Source: Gammaproteobacteria bacterium (lineage in GTDB: Bacteria; Pseudomonadota; Gammaproteobacteria; UBA4575). From it: DNA of 64,000 bases. The first letter of the stretch is position 1, and the number at the start of each line of letters is the position of its first letter. A program made the translations under genes and the position numbers. This document shows, piece by piece, positions 40,679-52,930 of the stretch. The notes beneath the pieces are model-generated. The model made no database searches and was not told where the DNA came from. It saw only the letters and a program-made list of their open reading frames with translations. The stretch covers positions 1,897,506 through 1,961,505 of the forward strand of contig OZ244850.1 of the NCBI GenBank assembly GCA_965220895.1. Direction: 5' to 3'.

Positions 40679-41170
40679 GTGTCTCGGGAAAGTCAGAAGT
40701 TAATGATGCTGGGTTTACCATTGTTTTTGAAACGGCTGTCAAGGCACGGATCCCATCCGGAACCTGCAAGGCAGACTTCCCGACGGGAACATGAACCCTG
40801 CGGATCGGAAGAGCCTCTTGAGCTGGACAGCAATGACGCGGTCGCGGTGATGGCCTACAGCGAGGCCATCGAAACCATGGCGATCAAGAATGAACTGATC
40901 GATTCACTGCTGGTGGAAGAAATGTCGCACGAAATTGACAGGTACCGGGGAACAGGTGAATCGATCAACTCCACAAGGGTGTCCCAGGCGCTGCTTCCCA
41001 AGGCCAAGGAGGTCATTCACGATTACTATATCTCGATGGCGAAGGACGGCGTCAGTCACGAGGATACCTATCGTGAAACCCACGAGACGTTTGATGTGGA
41101 TCTGCTGCAGTCGCTGACACACATCTATGCGAGAACCTTCATCAGGCAATACTACTGCCCCAGGCATTGA
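40679..41170 (+). CDS. hypothetical protein (start uncertain; could begin at MMLGLPLF...)
   Basis: 163-aa ORF with no recognisable family, between gph-like and infA. Confidence 0.3.
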   Translation: MSRESQKLMMLGLPLFLKRLSRHGSHPEPARQTSRREHEPCGSEEPLELDSNDAVAVMAYSEAIETMAIKNELIDSLLVEEMSHEIDRYRGTGESINSTRVSQALLPKAKEVIHDYYISMAKDGVSHEDTYRETHETFDVDLLQSLTHIYARTFIRQYYCPRH

Positions 41171-41236
41171 GGGACGGGATGTCGAAACTTTTGTGCCGCC
41201 GCCTGCAGACGTTTGCCCGGCGTGCAGTGCCGAAAA

Positions 41237-41455
41237 TCATTTGCCGCGGTAGGTAATCCTTCCCTTGCTCAGGTCGTAGGGGGTCATTTCCACAGTGACT
41301 TTGTCGCCGGTGAGAATCTTGATGTAATGTTTTCGCATGCGACCGGAGATGTGTGCCGTCACGACATGGCCGTTTTCGAGTTCAACACGAAACATCGTAT
41401 TCGGTAAGGTTTCAACAACCGTACCTTCCATCTCGATGTGGTCTTCTTTAGGCAT
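41237..41455 (-). CDS. infA: translation initiation factor IF-1
   Basis: [67 protein letters not shown]... Confidence 0.95.
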   Translation of the reverse strand: MPKEDHIEMEGTVVETLPNTMFRVELENGHVVTAHISGRMRKHYIKILTGDKVTVEMTPYDLSKGRITYRGK

Positions 41456-41568
41456 TCTGCTCCCAGAGAGTCATAGCGGTGACGCCATTATTATGCAAAA
41501 AAAAAATAAAACAAGGTTTGGAGATTATTTAGTACAATCCGGGCACAGGATCTTTCCTGCACGATACT

Positions 41569-42528
41569 ATGGACTTCGCGTACATCTTCCCTGGTCAGGG
41601 ATCACAGTCGATCGGCATGATGAAGGATTTGAGTACGCAGTACCCCGAAATCAAACAGATCTTCGAACAGGGTTCGGATGTCCTGCAACTGGACCTGTGG
41701 AAGCTGGCAACGCTTGGACCGGAGGAAGAACTCAATCGAACCGAGAACACGCAGCCGGTGATGCTGTGCGCCTGCATGGCGGTACACGCAATCTTCCACG
41801 AATGCTTTTCCGCCACGCCACGCATGCTGGCCGGACACAGTTTCGGGGAGTACACGGCTCTGGTCTGTGCCAAGGTTTTTGATTTTGAGACTGCACTTCC
41901 TCTTGCAAAATATCGGGGCCAGGTGATGCAGCAGGCGGTTCCCGAGGGACAGGGTGCGATGGCGGCCGTGCTGGGTCTTGACAACCAGACCCTGAATGAA
42001 ATCTGTGCGCAGTCCGGCTCAGGTGAAGAGATCGTCGAGGCCGTCAATTTCAACGCACCGGGACAAACCGTTATTGCCGGCAGCCAGAAAGCCGTCTCCG
42101 AAGCATCGCAGGCGGCCAAGCAAGCGGGTGCCAAGCGTTGCGTCCTGCTGCCCCTGAGTGTGCCCTCACACAGTACTTTGATGAAACCCGCAGCCGAGCA
42201 ATTGCGTGATTACCTGCAGGACGTCGAAATGCATGCCCCACAGCATGAAGTCATCCAGAATGTCGATGTCTGTTCATACTCGGATGAAGCGCTGATCAGG
42301 GACGCCCTGTATCGGCAGCTGTTCAGCCCGGTACGCTGGGTGGAAACGATCCAGCACATGATCTCCAGCGGCGTGAGGGTGCTGGTCGAACTGGGTCCTG
42401 GCAGGGTGCTGACGGGGTTCAGCAAGCGGATCGATCGCGATGCATCCGGCCATGCTGTCCATGATCTCAAGAGCCTCGACCAGGCGCTTGAACGGCTGGA
42501 AGCATTGGCTTCTGCGGGGCAGGCATGA
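41569..42528 (+). CDS. fabD: malonyl CoA-ACP transacylase FabD
   Basis: FPGQGSQ...GHSFGEY motifs. Confidence 0.9.
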   Translation: MDFAYIFPGQGSQSIGMMKDLSTQYPEIKQIFEQGSDVLQLDLWKLATLGPEEELNRTENTQPVMLCACMAVHAIFHECFSATPRMLAGHSFGEYTALVCAKVFDFETALPLAKYRGQVMQQAVPEGQGAMAAVLGLDNQTLNEICAQSGSGEEIVEAVNFNAPGQTVIAGSQKAVSEASQAAKQAGAKRCVLLPLSVPSHSTLMKPAAEQLRDYLQDVEMHAPQHEVIQNVDVCSYSDEALIRDALYRQLFSPVRWVETIQHMISSGVRVLVELGPGRVLTGFSKRIDRDASGHAVHDLKSLDQALERLEALASAGQA

Positions 42529-43262
42529 ATGACCAGGTAGCCCTGGTGACCGGCGCAAGCCGGGGCATCGGCAAGGCGATCCTGCATGCACTGGCGGCAC
42601 AGGGGCTTGAGGTCGTGGGCACGGCGACGACACCCGTCGGCGCACAGGGCATCGAGGCCGGGCTCAAGCAGGCGAACCTGAACGGAACCGGGCTGCAACT
42701 GGATGTCTCGCAGGCAGATTCCGTGAGCGCCTTGCTGGAAGAGGTCAAGGCCCGCCACTCGCCCCCCAGTATTCTGGTCAACAACGCCGGGATCACCCGG
42801 GACAACCTGCTTGTGCGCATGAAGGACGAGGAGTGGGATGCGGTCATCAATACGAACCTTTCCTCGATCTACCGACTGACCCGTGCCTGTCTCAGGGACA
42901 TGATGAAAATGCGCCACGGACGCATCATCAACATCGCCTCGGTTGCCGCAATGTCCGGTAACGCCGGGCAGTCCAACTATACGGCTTCCAAGGCCGGGAT
43001 GATCGGGTTCACCAAGTCCCTCGCGCGCGAGGTGGCATCCCGTGGGATCACGGTGAATGTCGTCGCCCCGGGATTCATCGAGACGGACATGACCGCGGAG
43101 CTCAATGAGTCGCAGCGCACGCATGCCATTGCGCAGATACCGGCAGGGCACATGGGCGCACCGGAAGATATTGCCCATGCCGTGTGTTTTCTGGTTTCAT
43201 CCGACGCCGCCTATATCACGGGCGAGACGATCCATGTCAATGGCGGGTTGTACATGGGCTGA
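42525..43262 (+). CDS. fabG: 3-oxoacyl-ACP reductase FabG
   Basis: SDR fold with TGASRGIGKAI...NNAGITRD...YTASKAG motifs. 4-nt overlap with fabD. Confidence 0.9.
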   Translation: MNDQVALVTGASRGIGKAILHALAAQGLEVVGTATTPVGAQGIEAGLKQANLNGTGLQLDVSQADSVSALLEEVKARHSPPSILVNNAGITRDNLLVRMKDEEWDAVINTNLSSIYRLTRACLRDMMKMRHGRIINIASVAAMSGNAGQSNYTASKAGMIGFTKSLAREVASRGITVNVVAPGFIETDMTAELNESQRTHAIAQIPAGHMGAPEDIAHAVCFLVSSDAAYITGETIHVNGGLYMG

Positions 43263-43468
43263 CCCGCATCGCAGATGCCGCTATTTTAATTTAATAACTG
43301 TGTCTAAAGTATTGTTATTACTTGACTACAAGTATCTAATTCGATGTGCATCTCCGGCTGGCACGATCGGCCATGCGCTAAAGATGGCACAGGGATATTC
43401 TTTTCAATACAATAATTGCCCGGTCCGGACCTGGGCTGAACAACTTTTGCAAAGGGGAAGCAACCGCT

Positions 43469-43702
43469 ATGAGCAACATTGAAGAACGAGTTAGGAAAAT
43501 TATCGTAGAACAGCTGGGAGTGGGCGAAGACGAAGTCTCGGAAGACGCATCATTTGTGGATGACTTGGGTGCAGACTCTTTGGATACAGTCGAACTCGTG
43601 ATGGCCTTGGAGGAGGAGTTTGAATGTGAAATCCCCGATGAAGAGGCAGAAAAGATCACGACCGTGAAACAGGCCATCGATTACGTCAGCTCCCACCAGT
43701 AA
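43469..43702 (+). CDS. acpP: acyl carrier protein
   Basis: 77 aa with phosphopantetheine site [19 protein letters not shown]. Confidence 0.95.
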   Translation: MSNIEERVRKIIVEQLGVGEDEVSEDASFVDDLGADSLDTVELVMALEEEFECEIPDEEAEKITTVKQAIDYVSSHQ

Positions 43703-43765
43703 TCGCCTGCATGCAATTGTGCAAGGCAAACCTTCCTTTCTTTACCTGACCGGATGAGATAAACC

Positions 43766-45010
43766 ATGGTGTCTCGGCGACGTGTTGCAGTGACCGGGTT
43801 GGGTATCGTATCCCCCGTCGGTTCAGCGACCCAGAAGGCATGGGAAAATATCGTTGCCGGCAACAGCGGGATTTCCAGAATCGACGCTTTCGATGCCAGT
43901 GAGTTTTCCGTTCAGATTGCCGGCCAGACCCGGGATTTCAATGCCGACGACTACCTGTCAAAGAAAGACCAGCGCAAGATGGACCCCTTTATCCATTTTG
44001 GAATCGGGGCCGGTGTCCAGGCCGCCGAGGATTCGGGTTTCGAGGTGACCGAAGAAAATGCCGATCGCATCGGAGTCGCCATCGGAAGCGGCATCGGCGG
44101 GTTGCCGGGCATTGAAAAAAGCAACGAAGCCTACCTGGAGTCCGGGCCCAGAAAAATCTCGCCGTTTTTCGTGCCCAGCAACATCATCAACATGGTCTCG
44201 GGAAACCTGTCAATCATGCGCGGTTATCGCGGCCCGAACATTTCGATCGTCTCGGCCTGTTCCACCGGTACACACAACATCGGCGATGCGGCCCGGATGA
44301 TCGCCTACGGTGATGTGGACATCATGGTCGCCGGAGGCGCCGAGATGGCCACCTGTCCGCTGGGGGTTGGCGGGTTTGCCGCGGCCCGGGCACTTTGTGC
44401 TTCGCACAACGAGGACCCCGAGACGGCCAGCCGCCCGTTTGATCTTGACCGTGACGGCTTTGTGCTGGGTGACGGGGCAGGCGTCCTGATCCTGGAAGAG
44501 TTCGAGCACGCCAAGGCGCGCTCTGCGAAAATCTACTGCGAGCTGGTCGGCTACGGTACGAACAGCGATGCATACCACATGACCTCACCGGCAAAAGGAG
44601 GCCTCGGGGCTTCCAAGTGCATGCAGAATGCGCTGCAGGATGCCGAACTCGATCCTGCCGAGGTCGACTATATCAATGCGCACGGCACTTCCACCCCGGC
44701 CGGGGATATTGCCGAGACCGAGGCCATCAAGACCACCTTTGGCGATCATGCCCGCAAGCTGGCGATCAGCTCGACCAAGTCCATGACCGGGCACCTGCTG
44801 GGTGCGGCCGGCGGCGTGGAGGCCCTCTTTACGATCCTGGCGGTCTACCATGGCGTCCTCCCTCCCACGATCAATTACGACACCCCGGACCCGGAATGCG
44901 ATCTGGACTATGTCCCGAACGAGGCGCGTCCCGGCGAACTGGATATTGCACTGTCCAACTCGTTTGGTTTCGGCGGCACCAACGCGACTGTAGTTTTCAA
45001 AAAGGTCTGA
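43766..45010 (+). CDS. fabF: 3-oxoacyl-ACP synthase II FabF
   Basis: Condensing-enzyme family, ~414 aa, directly after acpP. Confidence 0.9.
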   Translation: MVSRRRVAVTGLGIVSPVGSATQKAWENIVAGNSGISRIDAFDASEFSVQIAGQTRDFNADDYLSKKDQRKMDPFIHFGIGAGVQAAEDSGFEVTEENADRIGVAIGSGIGGLPGIEKSNEAYLESGPRKISPFFVPSNIINMVSGNLSIMRGYRGPNISIVSACSTGTHNIGDAARMIAYGDVDIMVAGGAEMATCPLGVGGFAAARALCASHNEDPETASRPFDLDRDGFVLGDGAGVLILEEFEHAKARSAKIYCELVGYGTNSDAYHMTSPAKGGLGASKCMQNALQDAELDPAEVDYINAHGTSTPAGDIAETEAIKTTFGDHARKLAISSTKSMTGHLLGAAGGVEALFTILAVYHGVLPPTINYDTPDPECDLDYVPNEARPGELDIALSNSFGFGGTNATVVFKKV

Positions 45011-45076
45011 TGCTTGGAACCTGACAGCGCAGGCAAAGTGGTCACACTTTGAGGGATGCTGTGCCGGGATCTTGAA

Positions 45077-45886
45077 ATGCAGGCACCAACAATCACAGTC
45101 AACGGGCAGGCATGCGAAACGATCACTGTCCTCGACCGGGGCCTGCTTTATGGCGATGGCCTGTTCGAGACCATGGCGGTGCGCGATGGCAGCGTCCGGT
45201 TCCTGGAAGATCACCTGCGTCGCCTTCAGACAGGCTGCCAGGCGCTGGGACTGGAAGGTCTCGACCGCGATGCCTTGAGACAGGAGGTGGCCCAGACCAT
45301 CGGCTCCGACCCGGAATGCATCATCAAGGTGATCATCACGCGGGGCGCCGGTGAACGGGGTTATCGTCCCGTGCAACAGGCATTGACCCGGATCGTGCAG
45401 AAATTTCCCCGGCCGGTATTTCCGCAAGCCTACGAGGACCCGGGGATTGACGTGACGCTGTGCAGCTTCCGCCTGTCCCATCAGCCGAGACTTGCACAGA
45501 TCAAGCATCTGAACCGCCTTGAGCAGGTGCTGGCACGCAGCGAGTGGGAGGATGAATACCAGGAAGGACTGGTTTGCGATACACAGGATCATGTCATCGA
45601 AGCCACGGCAAGCAATGTATTTTTTGAGGCGGACGGTGGTCTGGTTACCCCGGACCTCAGCCAGTGCGGGGTTGCGGGAATATTGCGCGAGCAAGTCATC
45701 CGCTATTGCCATCGCCACCATATCGAGCTCTCGGTCCGGGCTCTCGGCCTCGGGGAGACCGCGGATATGGATGCGATGTTCGTGTGCAACTGCATCATCG
45801 GCATATGGCCGGTGAAACGCTTCGATTCACTCCGGTTTTCCAGGTCTGAACTGACAGGCGCACTGATGTCCGTTTTCAACCATTGA
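45077..45886 (+). CDS. pabC: aminodeoxychorismate lyase PabC (class IV aminotransferase fold)
   Basis: MQAPTITVNGQACETITVLDRGLLYGDGLFETMAVRDG.... Position after fabF as in E. coli. The start could also be 45056. Confidence 0.75.
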   Translation: MQAPTITVNGQACETITVLDRGLLYGDGLFETMAVRDGSVRFLEDHLRRLQTGCQALGLEGLDRDALRQEVAQTIGSDPECIIKVIITRGAGERGYRPVQQALTRIVQKFPRPVFPQAYEDPGIDVTLCSFRLSHQPRLAQIKHLNRLEQVLARSEWEDEYQEGLVCDTQDHVIEATASNVFFEADGGLVTPDLSQCGVAGILREQVIRYCHRHHIELSVRALGLGETADMDAMFVCNCIIGIWPVKRFDSLRFSRSELTGALMSVFNH

Positions 45887-46917
45887 GCGAGCGGCCGGTG
45901 CAAGCACATCACGGGGTCATCGCGATTGTCCTGCTCGCCTTGATCGTGCTGACCGCCTATTTCAAGGACTATGCCCAACGTCCGCTATCCGTTGACTCGG
46001 AGCAAGTGAAACTGGTGATTGTCCCGGGCACGAGCTTTCGGGAAATCACCCGCCAGCTCCACGAGGCCGGCATCCTATCCGACCGCTGGAGCTGGGATAC
46101 CTTTGCACGTATCAGCGGTGCGGCCCACGAGATCAAGGCCGGCGAATATCTGCTCGTGACGACGCTGAGCCCGCGAGAGCTGCTGCACAAACTGGTGCAG
46201 GGGGAGGGCACGCAGTTTGCCGTGACGGTGATTGAGGGCTCCACGTTCGGACAGCTCTGGAAGGCCGTCCAGGAGAATGACAAGATCACCAAGACCGTGA
46301 GTTCACCGGAAGAGTTGCTCACCAGACTGGATCTGAAGAGCAGCCACCCCGAAGGGCGGTTTTTCCCCGATACCTACCGCTTCTCGCCCGGTGTCACCGA
46401 CGTACAGTTTTTCCGACATCTGGCACAACACATGCAGTCGGTGCTCGATGAAGAGTGGGCCAGGAAAAAACCGGGGCTCCCCATCCACACCCAGGACGAA
46501 GCCCTGGTCCTTGCCTCCATTATCGAGAAGGAAACCACGGTGGAGTACGAGCGCTCCATGATATCCGCCGTTTTCACCACCCGCCTGAAGCGCGGCATGC
46601 GACTGCAAGCCGACCCGACGGTGATCTACGGCATGGGAGATGCCTTTGAGGGAAACATCCGCCGCAAGGACCTGAAAATGGACACACCTTACAACACCTA
46701 CATACACAAGGGCCTTCCGCCCACGCCGATCGCACTGCCTGGCCGTGCCTCCATCGCGGCTGCACTGAACCCGGCGGACAGCGAGATGATGTTTTTTGTT
46801 GCCAAGCGAGATGGCACACACCACTTTTCTTCGACCTACTCGGAACACCGCAAGGCGGTCATCCGTTACCAACTCAAGGGCTGCAAGAACTGTTATGGTG
46901 GAGATCCCGGCAACTGA
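45883..46917 (+). CDS. mltG: endolytic murein transglycosylase MltG (YceG)
   Basis: N-terminal TM helix plus YceG-like domain. Conserved pabC-mltG-tmk-holB order. Confidence 0.85.
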   Translation: MSERPVQAHHGVIAIVLLALIVLTAYFKDYAQRPLSVDSEQVKLVIVPGTSFREITRQLHEAGILSDRWSWDTFARISGAAHEIKAGEYLLVTTLSPRELLHKLVQGEGTQFAVTVIEGSTFGQLWKAVQENDKITKTVSSPEELLTRLDLKSSHPEGRFFPDTYRFSPGVTDVQFFRHLAQHMQSVLDEEWARKKPGLPIHTQDEALVLASIIEKETTVEYERSMISAVFTTRLKRGMRLQADPTVIYGMGDAFEGNIRRKDLKMDTPYNTYIHKGLPPTPIALPGRASIAAALNPADSEMMFFVAKRDGTHHFSSTYSEHRKAVIRYQLKGCKNCYGGDPGN

Positions 46918-46949
46918 GAGGTTGGAACAGGGTGAATACCGGTCGAACA

Positions 46950-47573
46950 ATGCGCGGAAAATTCATTACTTTCGAGGGCACGGAAGGCACCGGCAAGACG
47001 ACGCAGACCGGGCTCTTGAAGGAATACCTGCATTCACGGGAACTCGATGTGCGGGTCACGCGAGAGCCTGGCGGCACCCGGGTCGGAGAGCAGGTCCGGG
47101 ACGTGCTGCTGGAGCCAACGGCCGTCCCGCTGGATGCCCGTACGGAGTTGTTGCTGATGTTTTCGGCGCGCGCCCAGCATCTTGCGGAAGTCGTCTACCC
47201 GGCACTGCAGGAGGGTGCCTGGGTCCTGTGTGACCGGTTTACGGATGCCAGCTATGCCTACCAGGGCGGTGGGCGCGGTATACCCGATTCCGACATCAAG
47301 AAAATCGAGTCGGTGGTTCACCCGGGCTTTCAGCCGGACCTGACCTTCGTGCTGACCTGTACACTGGAAACGGCGATGCAACGCGTCAACAGCCGCGGTG
47401 AAAAGGATCGCTTCGAAAGTGAGTCACAGGATTTCTTCGAGCGTGTGCAGGCCGCCTACCACAAGCGTGCCGAGCAGGACCCGGATCGTTTTGCCGTGAT
47501 CGATACCGAACCGGAAATCGAGCGGGTCGCATCGCGCATCCGGCAAACCGTCGATTCAAGGTTTTCCCTGTAA
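46950..47573 (+). CDS. tmk: thymidylate kinase
   Basis: MRGKFITFEGTEGTGKTTQ... Confidence 0.9.
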   Translation: MRGKFITFEGTEGTGKTTQTGLLKEYLHSRELDVRVTREPGGTRVGEQVRDVLLEPTAVPLDARTELLLMFSARAQHLAEVVYPALQEGAWVLCDRFTDASYAYQGGGRGIPDSDIKKIESVVHPGFQPDLTFVLTCTLETAMQRVNSRGEKDRFESESQDFFERVQAAYHKRAEQDPDRFAVIDTEPEIERVASRIRQTVDSRFSL

Positions 47574-47588
47574 GTCGGAGGTAGCGCG

Positions 47589-48596
47589 GTGATGTATCCC
47601 TGGCAGGCGGACGCGTGGCAGCAGTACGTGGACTACCTGGTCAATGAGCGCCTGACCCATGCCATTCTTGTGTCCGGCCCGGCGGCCATTGGCAAGCTGG
47701 AATTTTGCCGGACCTATGTCCAACGGATGAATTGCACAAGACCGGATTCACACGGACATCCCTGCGGGACCTGCGACAACTGCCGCCTGATCCTGGCGAG
47801 GACCCATCCGGATGTGCGCTTTATCAATATGGAGGAAGCCGGGGCAGCGGACAGGTCCGAACAGATCCGGGTCGATGACATCCGCGAGATCAACCGCTTC
47901 ATGGCACTCAGCCGCCAACAGGGGAAGTTCAAGGTGGTGTGCATCAACCACGCACACAGGATGAACATCAACGCGGCCAATGCGTTGCTGAAGACCCTGG
48001 AAGAGCCGCCCCCGGGCTCCGTTCTTTTCCTGGTCAGCCATCGCCCCGAGAGTTTGCCCGCCACCATCCGAAGCCGCTGTCAGACCTGGAGGTTCAGTGT
48101 GCCCGATTCCGCACCGGCCCTGCACTGGCTGCAGGAAAAAGCGCCCGGGCCCGCATGGCAGGACCTGCTCGGCGCTTGCGGGGGACGACCGTTACTCGCA
48201 TGGGAGTCGCACGACAGTGGACTGGGCAAGACACGCACTGCCTTTTATGAACAGCTGCTTGCGTTGATGACGGGCCGGGAAACCGTGACCGGAATATCTT
48301 CCAGGCTCAAAAATGAAGACCCGGAAAGAATCATCGAGTGGCTACAGGCCTGGTGCGGTGATCTGATTCGCTGCTGTTTCAAGGAGCATCCCGAGACCAT
48401 TGAAAATCCGGATGTGCTTGAAGACCTGCAGAACCTGGCGCAGCAGGCGACCCCCCAATGCCTGTTCGATTGCCTGGACCGGCTTGCCGAGTCCAGGCGC
48501 ATCACCAGCGCCTCGATGAACCAGCGCCTGTTTATCGAGAACATGCTGATTCAGTGTCAGCAATCCCTGCAGTCGCCGTCCTTGCAGGGACGGTGA
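47589..48596 (+). CDS. holB: DNA polymerase III delta' subunit HolB
   Basis: AAA+-like fold with GHPCGTCDNCRLI zinc module. Confidence 0.85.
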   Translation: MMYPWQADAWQQYVDYLVNERLTHAILVSGPAAIGKLEFCRTYVQRMNCTRPDSHGHPCGTCDNCRLILARTHPDVRFINMEEAGAADRSEQIRVDDIREINRFMALSRQQGKFKVVCINHAHRMNINAANALLKTLEEPPPGSVLFLVSHRPESLPATIRSRCQTWRFSVPDSAPALHWLQEKAPGPAWQDLLGACGGRPLLAWESHDSGLGKTRTAFYEQLLALMTGRETVTGISSRLKNEDPERIIEWLQAWCGDLIRCCFKEHPETIENPDVLEDLQNLAQQATPQCLFDCLDRLAESRRITSASMNQRLFIENMLIQCQQSLQSPSLQGR

Positions 48597-48687
48597 AGAC
48601 CGCTGCATCCTTTCAGGCATTCGACGATTGTGCAATGCCCGTGCCTGATCTTCTATATAATATGACAGGCGAAACACCGGGTACTTC

Positions 48688-51594
48688 TTGAGGCAAATGA
48701 AAAAAGACTGGCTTTTGTTATCAGGCGGTGAACAACTCAATAGCGGGAGTGTTTCCTACATCGAAAGCCTTTACGAAGAGTATCTGGCCCACCCGGATTC
48801 CGTTCCTGCCTCATGGCAAAAAGTTTTCAGCGCACTCGAGGCTGACCCCCTCCAGGCTTCATCGTCCCCTGCGGATTTTGAGCACGGCGACACGGACTTC
48901 ACGCTGGGATTTGACGAGGACACCTTTGAGCAGTCGGTGGACGTATTCGGCCTGATCGCCGCGGTCGAGCGCATGGCGGAATACCGGGACGAGCTGAACC
49001 GCAAGCAGGTGGACGTGGTCCGCCTGATCAGTGCCTACCGGTATCTCGGTCACCGCCAGGCTGACATCGACCCGCTGAATGCGTCCCTGCGCCCCGACAT
49101 CCCGGAGCTCAGTCCGGAGTTTCATGACCTGAGCCACAAGGACATGGACACAGTCTTTGAAACGGGCGGCCTCGGTGACGTCAAGCATGCCCCGCTGAGA
49201 GAGATCCTCAGCATGCTCTCGGTGACCTACTGCGGTACCATCGGCTCGGAATTCAAGCATATTTCGTCTCTGGAACAGAAGGAATGGATCCAGCGGCGCC
49301 TGGAGCAGTTTCACTTTGCGCCCGAGCTGTCCGACAAGCGCAAAAGAAGAATACTGGAGATCCTGATTTCGGCGAAATCGCTGGAAGTGTACCTGCACAA
49401 GAAGTACGTCGGTCAAAAGCGGTTTTCCCTGGAGGGCGGACTCAGCCTGATTCCCATCATCAATGAGCTGATCAAAAGCGGCGGTCGTCATCACGTACGG
49501 GAAGTCATTCTGGGGATGGCGCACCGCGGGCGTCTCAACATGCTGGTTAACATCCTCGGCAAGAACCCGGAAACGCTGTTCAGGGAATTCGAGGACAAGC
49601 TCGGCCCCGAGCAGGGTTCGGGAGACGTCAAGTACCACAAGGGGTTTTCATCGGACCTTGCCACCGAGCATGGAGCGGTCCATACCGTGCTGTCCTTCAA
49701 TCCCTCCCACCTTGAAGCCATCAATCCCGTGGTCGCGGGTTCGGTACGTGCACGCCAGGAACGCCGTGGCGACACCAGCCGCAAGGAAGTGGTTCCGATC
49801 CTGATCCATGGGGACGCCGCCATCGCAGGCCAGGGCGTGGTGATGGAAACCCTGAACCTGTCCAAGACGCGGGGATACAGTACGGGAGGGACCATTCACG
49901 TCGTGGTGAACAACCAGATCGGGTTCACGACCAGCGACCCCCTGGACTCGAGGTCCACGCTGTACTGTTCGGACGTGGCCAAGGTCGTGCAGGCCCCCGT
50001 GTTTCATGTCAACGGCGACGATCCGGAGGCCGCGGTGTTCACCGCCCAGCTTGCCATGGACTACCGCATGAAGTTCAACTGCGACGTGGTCATCGACATG
50101 GTCTGCTACCGCCAGCACGGACACAACGAGGCGGACGAGCCGGCCGTGACCCAGCCGATCATGTACCGGAGTATCCGCAACCAGCCCGGCGTGACCCGGA
50201 TCTACGCGGACCAGCTGGTGGAAAACGGAACGATTTCCCCGTCCAGGGTCAAGGCGCTGGAAACCAAGTACCTGAACCGCCTTCAGAAAGGGCAGCGCGT
50301 GTGTGGGCCCATCGCCAAGAAAACGGAATCGGACTACCTCGTGGACTACAGGCCCTTTCTCGGCACGGGCTGGCGTGAACCGGCCAGCACCTGTATCAGC
50401 AAAGAGCGCATCCGCACGCTCACGCAACGACTGACCACCGTTCCCGAAGGTTTTGCGCTGCATCGCATTGTGCAGAAGATCGTGCAGTCACGAAAGCAGA
50501 TGGGCGATGGCGAGCTGCCGGCGGACTGGGGCTTTGGCGAGAATCTCGCCTATGCGTCGTTGCTCCAGGACGGTTATCCGGTGCGCCTGTCCGGGCAGGA
50601 CTGCGTGCGCGGTACCTTTTTCCACAGGCACGTCGGCTTTCATGACCAGGACACCGGAGAGGTGTACATCCCCCTGCAGCACATCGCCGAGGATCAGCCG
50701 CTGTTTCTGCCGATCAACTCGCTGCTCTCCGAAGAAGCGGTGCTGGGATTCGAGGTCGGCTACAGCACGACCGAACCGGAGAGCCTGGTGATCTGGGAGG
50801 CGCAGTTCGGTGATTTTGCCAACAATGCGCAGGTCTACGTGGACCAGTTCCTGAGTTCTTCAGAGGCCAAGTGGCAACGCTACTGCGGATTGGTGATGCT
50901 GCTTCCCCATGGTTATGACGGCCAGGGCCCGGAACACTCCTCCGCGCGGCTGGAACGCTACCTGCAGCTGTGCGCCGAAGAAAACATACAGGTCTGCATG
51001 CCGAGCACGCCCGCGCAGATCTTTCATCTCTTGCGCAGGCAAATGATACGGCCCTATCGCAAGCCCCTGATCGTGATGACTCCGAAGAACATCCTGCGGG
51101 ACGTCGATGCATCCTCGCCGATCAGCGAATTCAGCGAGGGCGGGTTCCAGGTGGTGATTGATGCCGCCGGGAACCTGAAGACGAAAAGCGTCCGAAAAAT
51201 CATCTTGTGTGCAGGCAAATTGTATTACGAGTTGCTGCGTGCATACCGGGAGCACAAGATCACCGACACGGCTATCGTGCGGATCGAACAGCTGTATCCG
51301 TTCCCGCTGGAAGAGGTGAAGCAGATCATGGGCAAGTATTCGGGGGTTCGTGAAATCGTCTGGGCCCAGGAGGAACCGCGCAACCAGGGTGCGTGGTACT
51401 ACATGCAGTCCAGGCGTCACCTGAAGGCATGCCTGAAGAAAAACCAGCAGTTGCGTTATGCAGGCAGGTCCTACTCGGCCTCCCCGGCAGCCGGTTCCCT
51501 GCAGGTTCATCGCAGACAGCAGCTCGCACTCATCAACGATGCACTGGGCATTTCGAAACCGGTCGTTCGCAAACCCTCCCTGAGGGCGGTGTGA
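48688..51594 (+). CDS. sucA: 2-oxoglutarate dehydrogenase E1 component SucA
   Basis: 968 aa; TPP-dependent E1o family. Confidence 0.9.
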   Translation: MRQMKKDWLLLSGGEQLNSGSVSYIESLYEEYLAHPDSVPASWQKVFSALEADPLQASSSPADFEHGDTDFTLGFDEDTFEQSVDVFGLIAAVERMAEYRDELNRKQVDVVRLISAYRYLGHRQADIDPLNASLRPDIPELSPEFHDLSHKDMDTVFETGGLGDVKHAPLREILSMLSVTYCGTIGSEFKHISSLEQKEWIQRRLEQFHFAPELSDKRKRRILEILISAKSLEVYLHKKYVGQKRFSLEGGLSLIPIINELIKSGGRHHVREVILGMAHRGRLNMLVNILGKNPETLFREFEDKLGPEQGSGDVKYHKGFSSDLATEHGAVHTVLSFNPSHLEAINPVVAGSVRARQERRGDTSRKEVVPILIHGDAAIAGQGVVMETLNLSKTRGYSTGGTIHVVVNNQIGFTTSDPLDSRSTLYCSDVAKVVQAPVFHVNGDDPEAAVFTAQLAMDYRMKFNCDVVIDMVCYRQHGHNEADEPAVTQPIMYRSIRNQPGVTRIYADQLVENGTISPSRVKALETKYLNRLQKGQRVCGPIAKKTESDYLVDYRPFLGTGWREPASTCISKERIRTLTQRLTTVPEGFALHRIVQKIVQSRKQMGDGELPADWGFGENLAYASLLQDGYPVRLSGQDCVRGTFFHRHVGFHDQDTGEVYIPLQHIAEDQPLFLPINSLLSEEAVLGFEVGYSTTEPESLVIWEAQFGDFANNAQVYVDQFLSSSEAKWQRYCGLVMLLPHGYDGQGPEHSSARLERYLQLCAEENIQVCMPSTPAQIFHLLRRQMIRPYRKPLIVMTPKNILRDVDASSPISEFSEGGFQVVIDAAGNLKTKSVRKIILCAGKLYYELLRAYREHKITDTAIVRIEQLYPFPLEEVKQIMGKYSGVREIVWAQEEPRNQGAWYYMQSRRHLKACLKKNQQLRYAGRSYSASPAAGSLQVHRRQQLALINDALGISKPVVRKPSLRAV

Positions 51595-51628
51595 TGGTAC
51601 CGGGTTGCAGGCCAGGCAGGGTGGTGGC

Positions 51629-52918
51629 ATGAAGGTAGACGTGACGGTTCCGGAGCTGGCCGAATCGATCACCGAGGCCGTGGTCGGGACCTGGCTGAAA
51701 CAGCAGGGTGATGCGGTGGAAGAAGGCGAGCAGCTGGTCGATATCGAAACGGACAAGGTGATCCTGGAGATCACGGCACCCCAAAGCGGCCAGCTCGTAT
51801 CCATCGACAAGCAGACCGGTGACGACGTGCAGAGCAACGAAGTCCTGGGCGTGATCGACACCGGAAAGCGCGGCACCAAGTCTTCCAGGGCAACCGCCAA
51901 GCCATCGAGCGAGCCCGCGGCTCCGCCCGCACAGGAGGAGGCGTCTGCAAGTGCCGCGGCAGCTCCCGAGGCTGCCCGTGAACCCGAGAAACCTGCGCCT
52001 TCGAAGACCAGCCCGGCCGTTCGAAAACTGGCCGCAGAACACGGGATCGACCTGCAGGAGGTCAAGAGCACCGGAAAGGGTGGCCGGGTGACCAAGGAAG
52101 ATGTCCAGGCCCATATCCAGGCGAGGCAGGAACAAGACGAAGCGGTTCAGGTGCCGGCGGCCGATCCTGTACCCCGGCCCGACACGGCTCCACTGCCGGA
52201 TGCACCGCCACCGGGCGGTCGGCAGGTCCGGCGGATGCCCATGACCGCGTTACGCAAAAGCATCGCAAGACGCCTAGTGAGTGCCCAGAAGCAAAGTGCC
52301 ATGTTGACGACGTTCAATGAAGTCAACATGAAAAATATCATGGAGTTGCGGAAAAATTATAAGGAGGATTTTCAGAATTCGCACGGGGTCAAGCTGGGCT
52401 TCATGTCCTTTTTCATCAAGGCGGTCATTGACGCCTTGAAGGCCTTTCCCGTCATCAATGCCTCCGTCGACGGGGATGACATCGTCTACCACGAGTACTT
52501 CGACATCGGGGTTGCGGTCAGCACCGAGCGTGGCCTGATTGTTCCGGTGATCCGTGATGCAAGCGGGCTTTCCTTTGCCGGGGTCGAGAGCAGGATCGTG
52601 GATTTCGCCACCCGGGCGCGTGAAAACAAGGTTACCATCGAGGAACTCACCGGTGGGACCTTCACGATCACCAACGGGGGCATATTCGGCTCGATGATGT
52701 CCACGCCCATCGTCAACCCGCCACAAAGTGCCATTCTGGGGATGCATGCCATACAGGACCGCCCGGTGGCACACGACGGCGAGCTCCGGATTGCGCCCAT
52801 GATGTACCTGGCCCTCAGCTACGACCACCGGATCATCGACGGCAGGGAGGCCGTGCAGTTCCTGAACCATGTGAAAAACATCATCGAGGATCCGGTCCGG
52901 CTTCTGCTGCAGGCCTGA
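51629..52918 (+). CDS. sucB: dihydrolipoyllysine-residue succinyltransferase SucB (E2o)
   Basis: Start [19 protein letters not shown]... with a lipoyl domain, an Ala/Pro linker and a catalytic domain (...DHRIIDG...). Confidence 0.9.
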   Translation: MKVDVTVPELAESITEAVVGTWLKQQGDAVEEGEQLVDIETDKVILEITAPQSGQLVSIDKQTGDDVQSNEVLGVIDTGKRGTKSSRATAKPSSEPAAPPAQEEASASAAAAPEAAREPEKPAPSKTSPAVRKLAAEHGIDLQEVKSTGKGGRVTKEDVQAHIQARQEQDEAVQVPAADPVPRPDTAPLPDAPPPGGRQVRRMPMTALRKSIARRLVSAQKQSAMLTTFNEVNMKNIMELRKNYKEDFQNSHGVKLGFMSFFIKAVIDALKAFPVINASVDGDDIVYHEYFDIGVAVSTERGLIVPVIRDASGLSFAGVESRIVDFATRARENKVTIEELTGGTFTITNGGIFGSMMSTPIVNPPQSAILGMHAIQDRPVAHDGELRIAPMMYLALSYDHRIIDGREAVQFLNHVKNIIEDPVRLLLQA

Positions 52919-52930
52919 TCCGGTTTTGAC

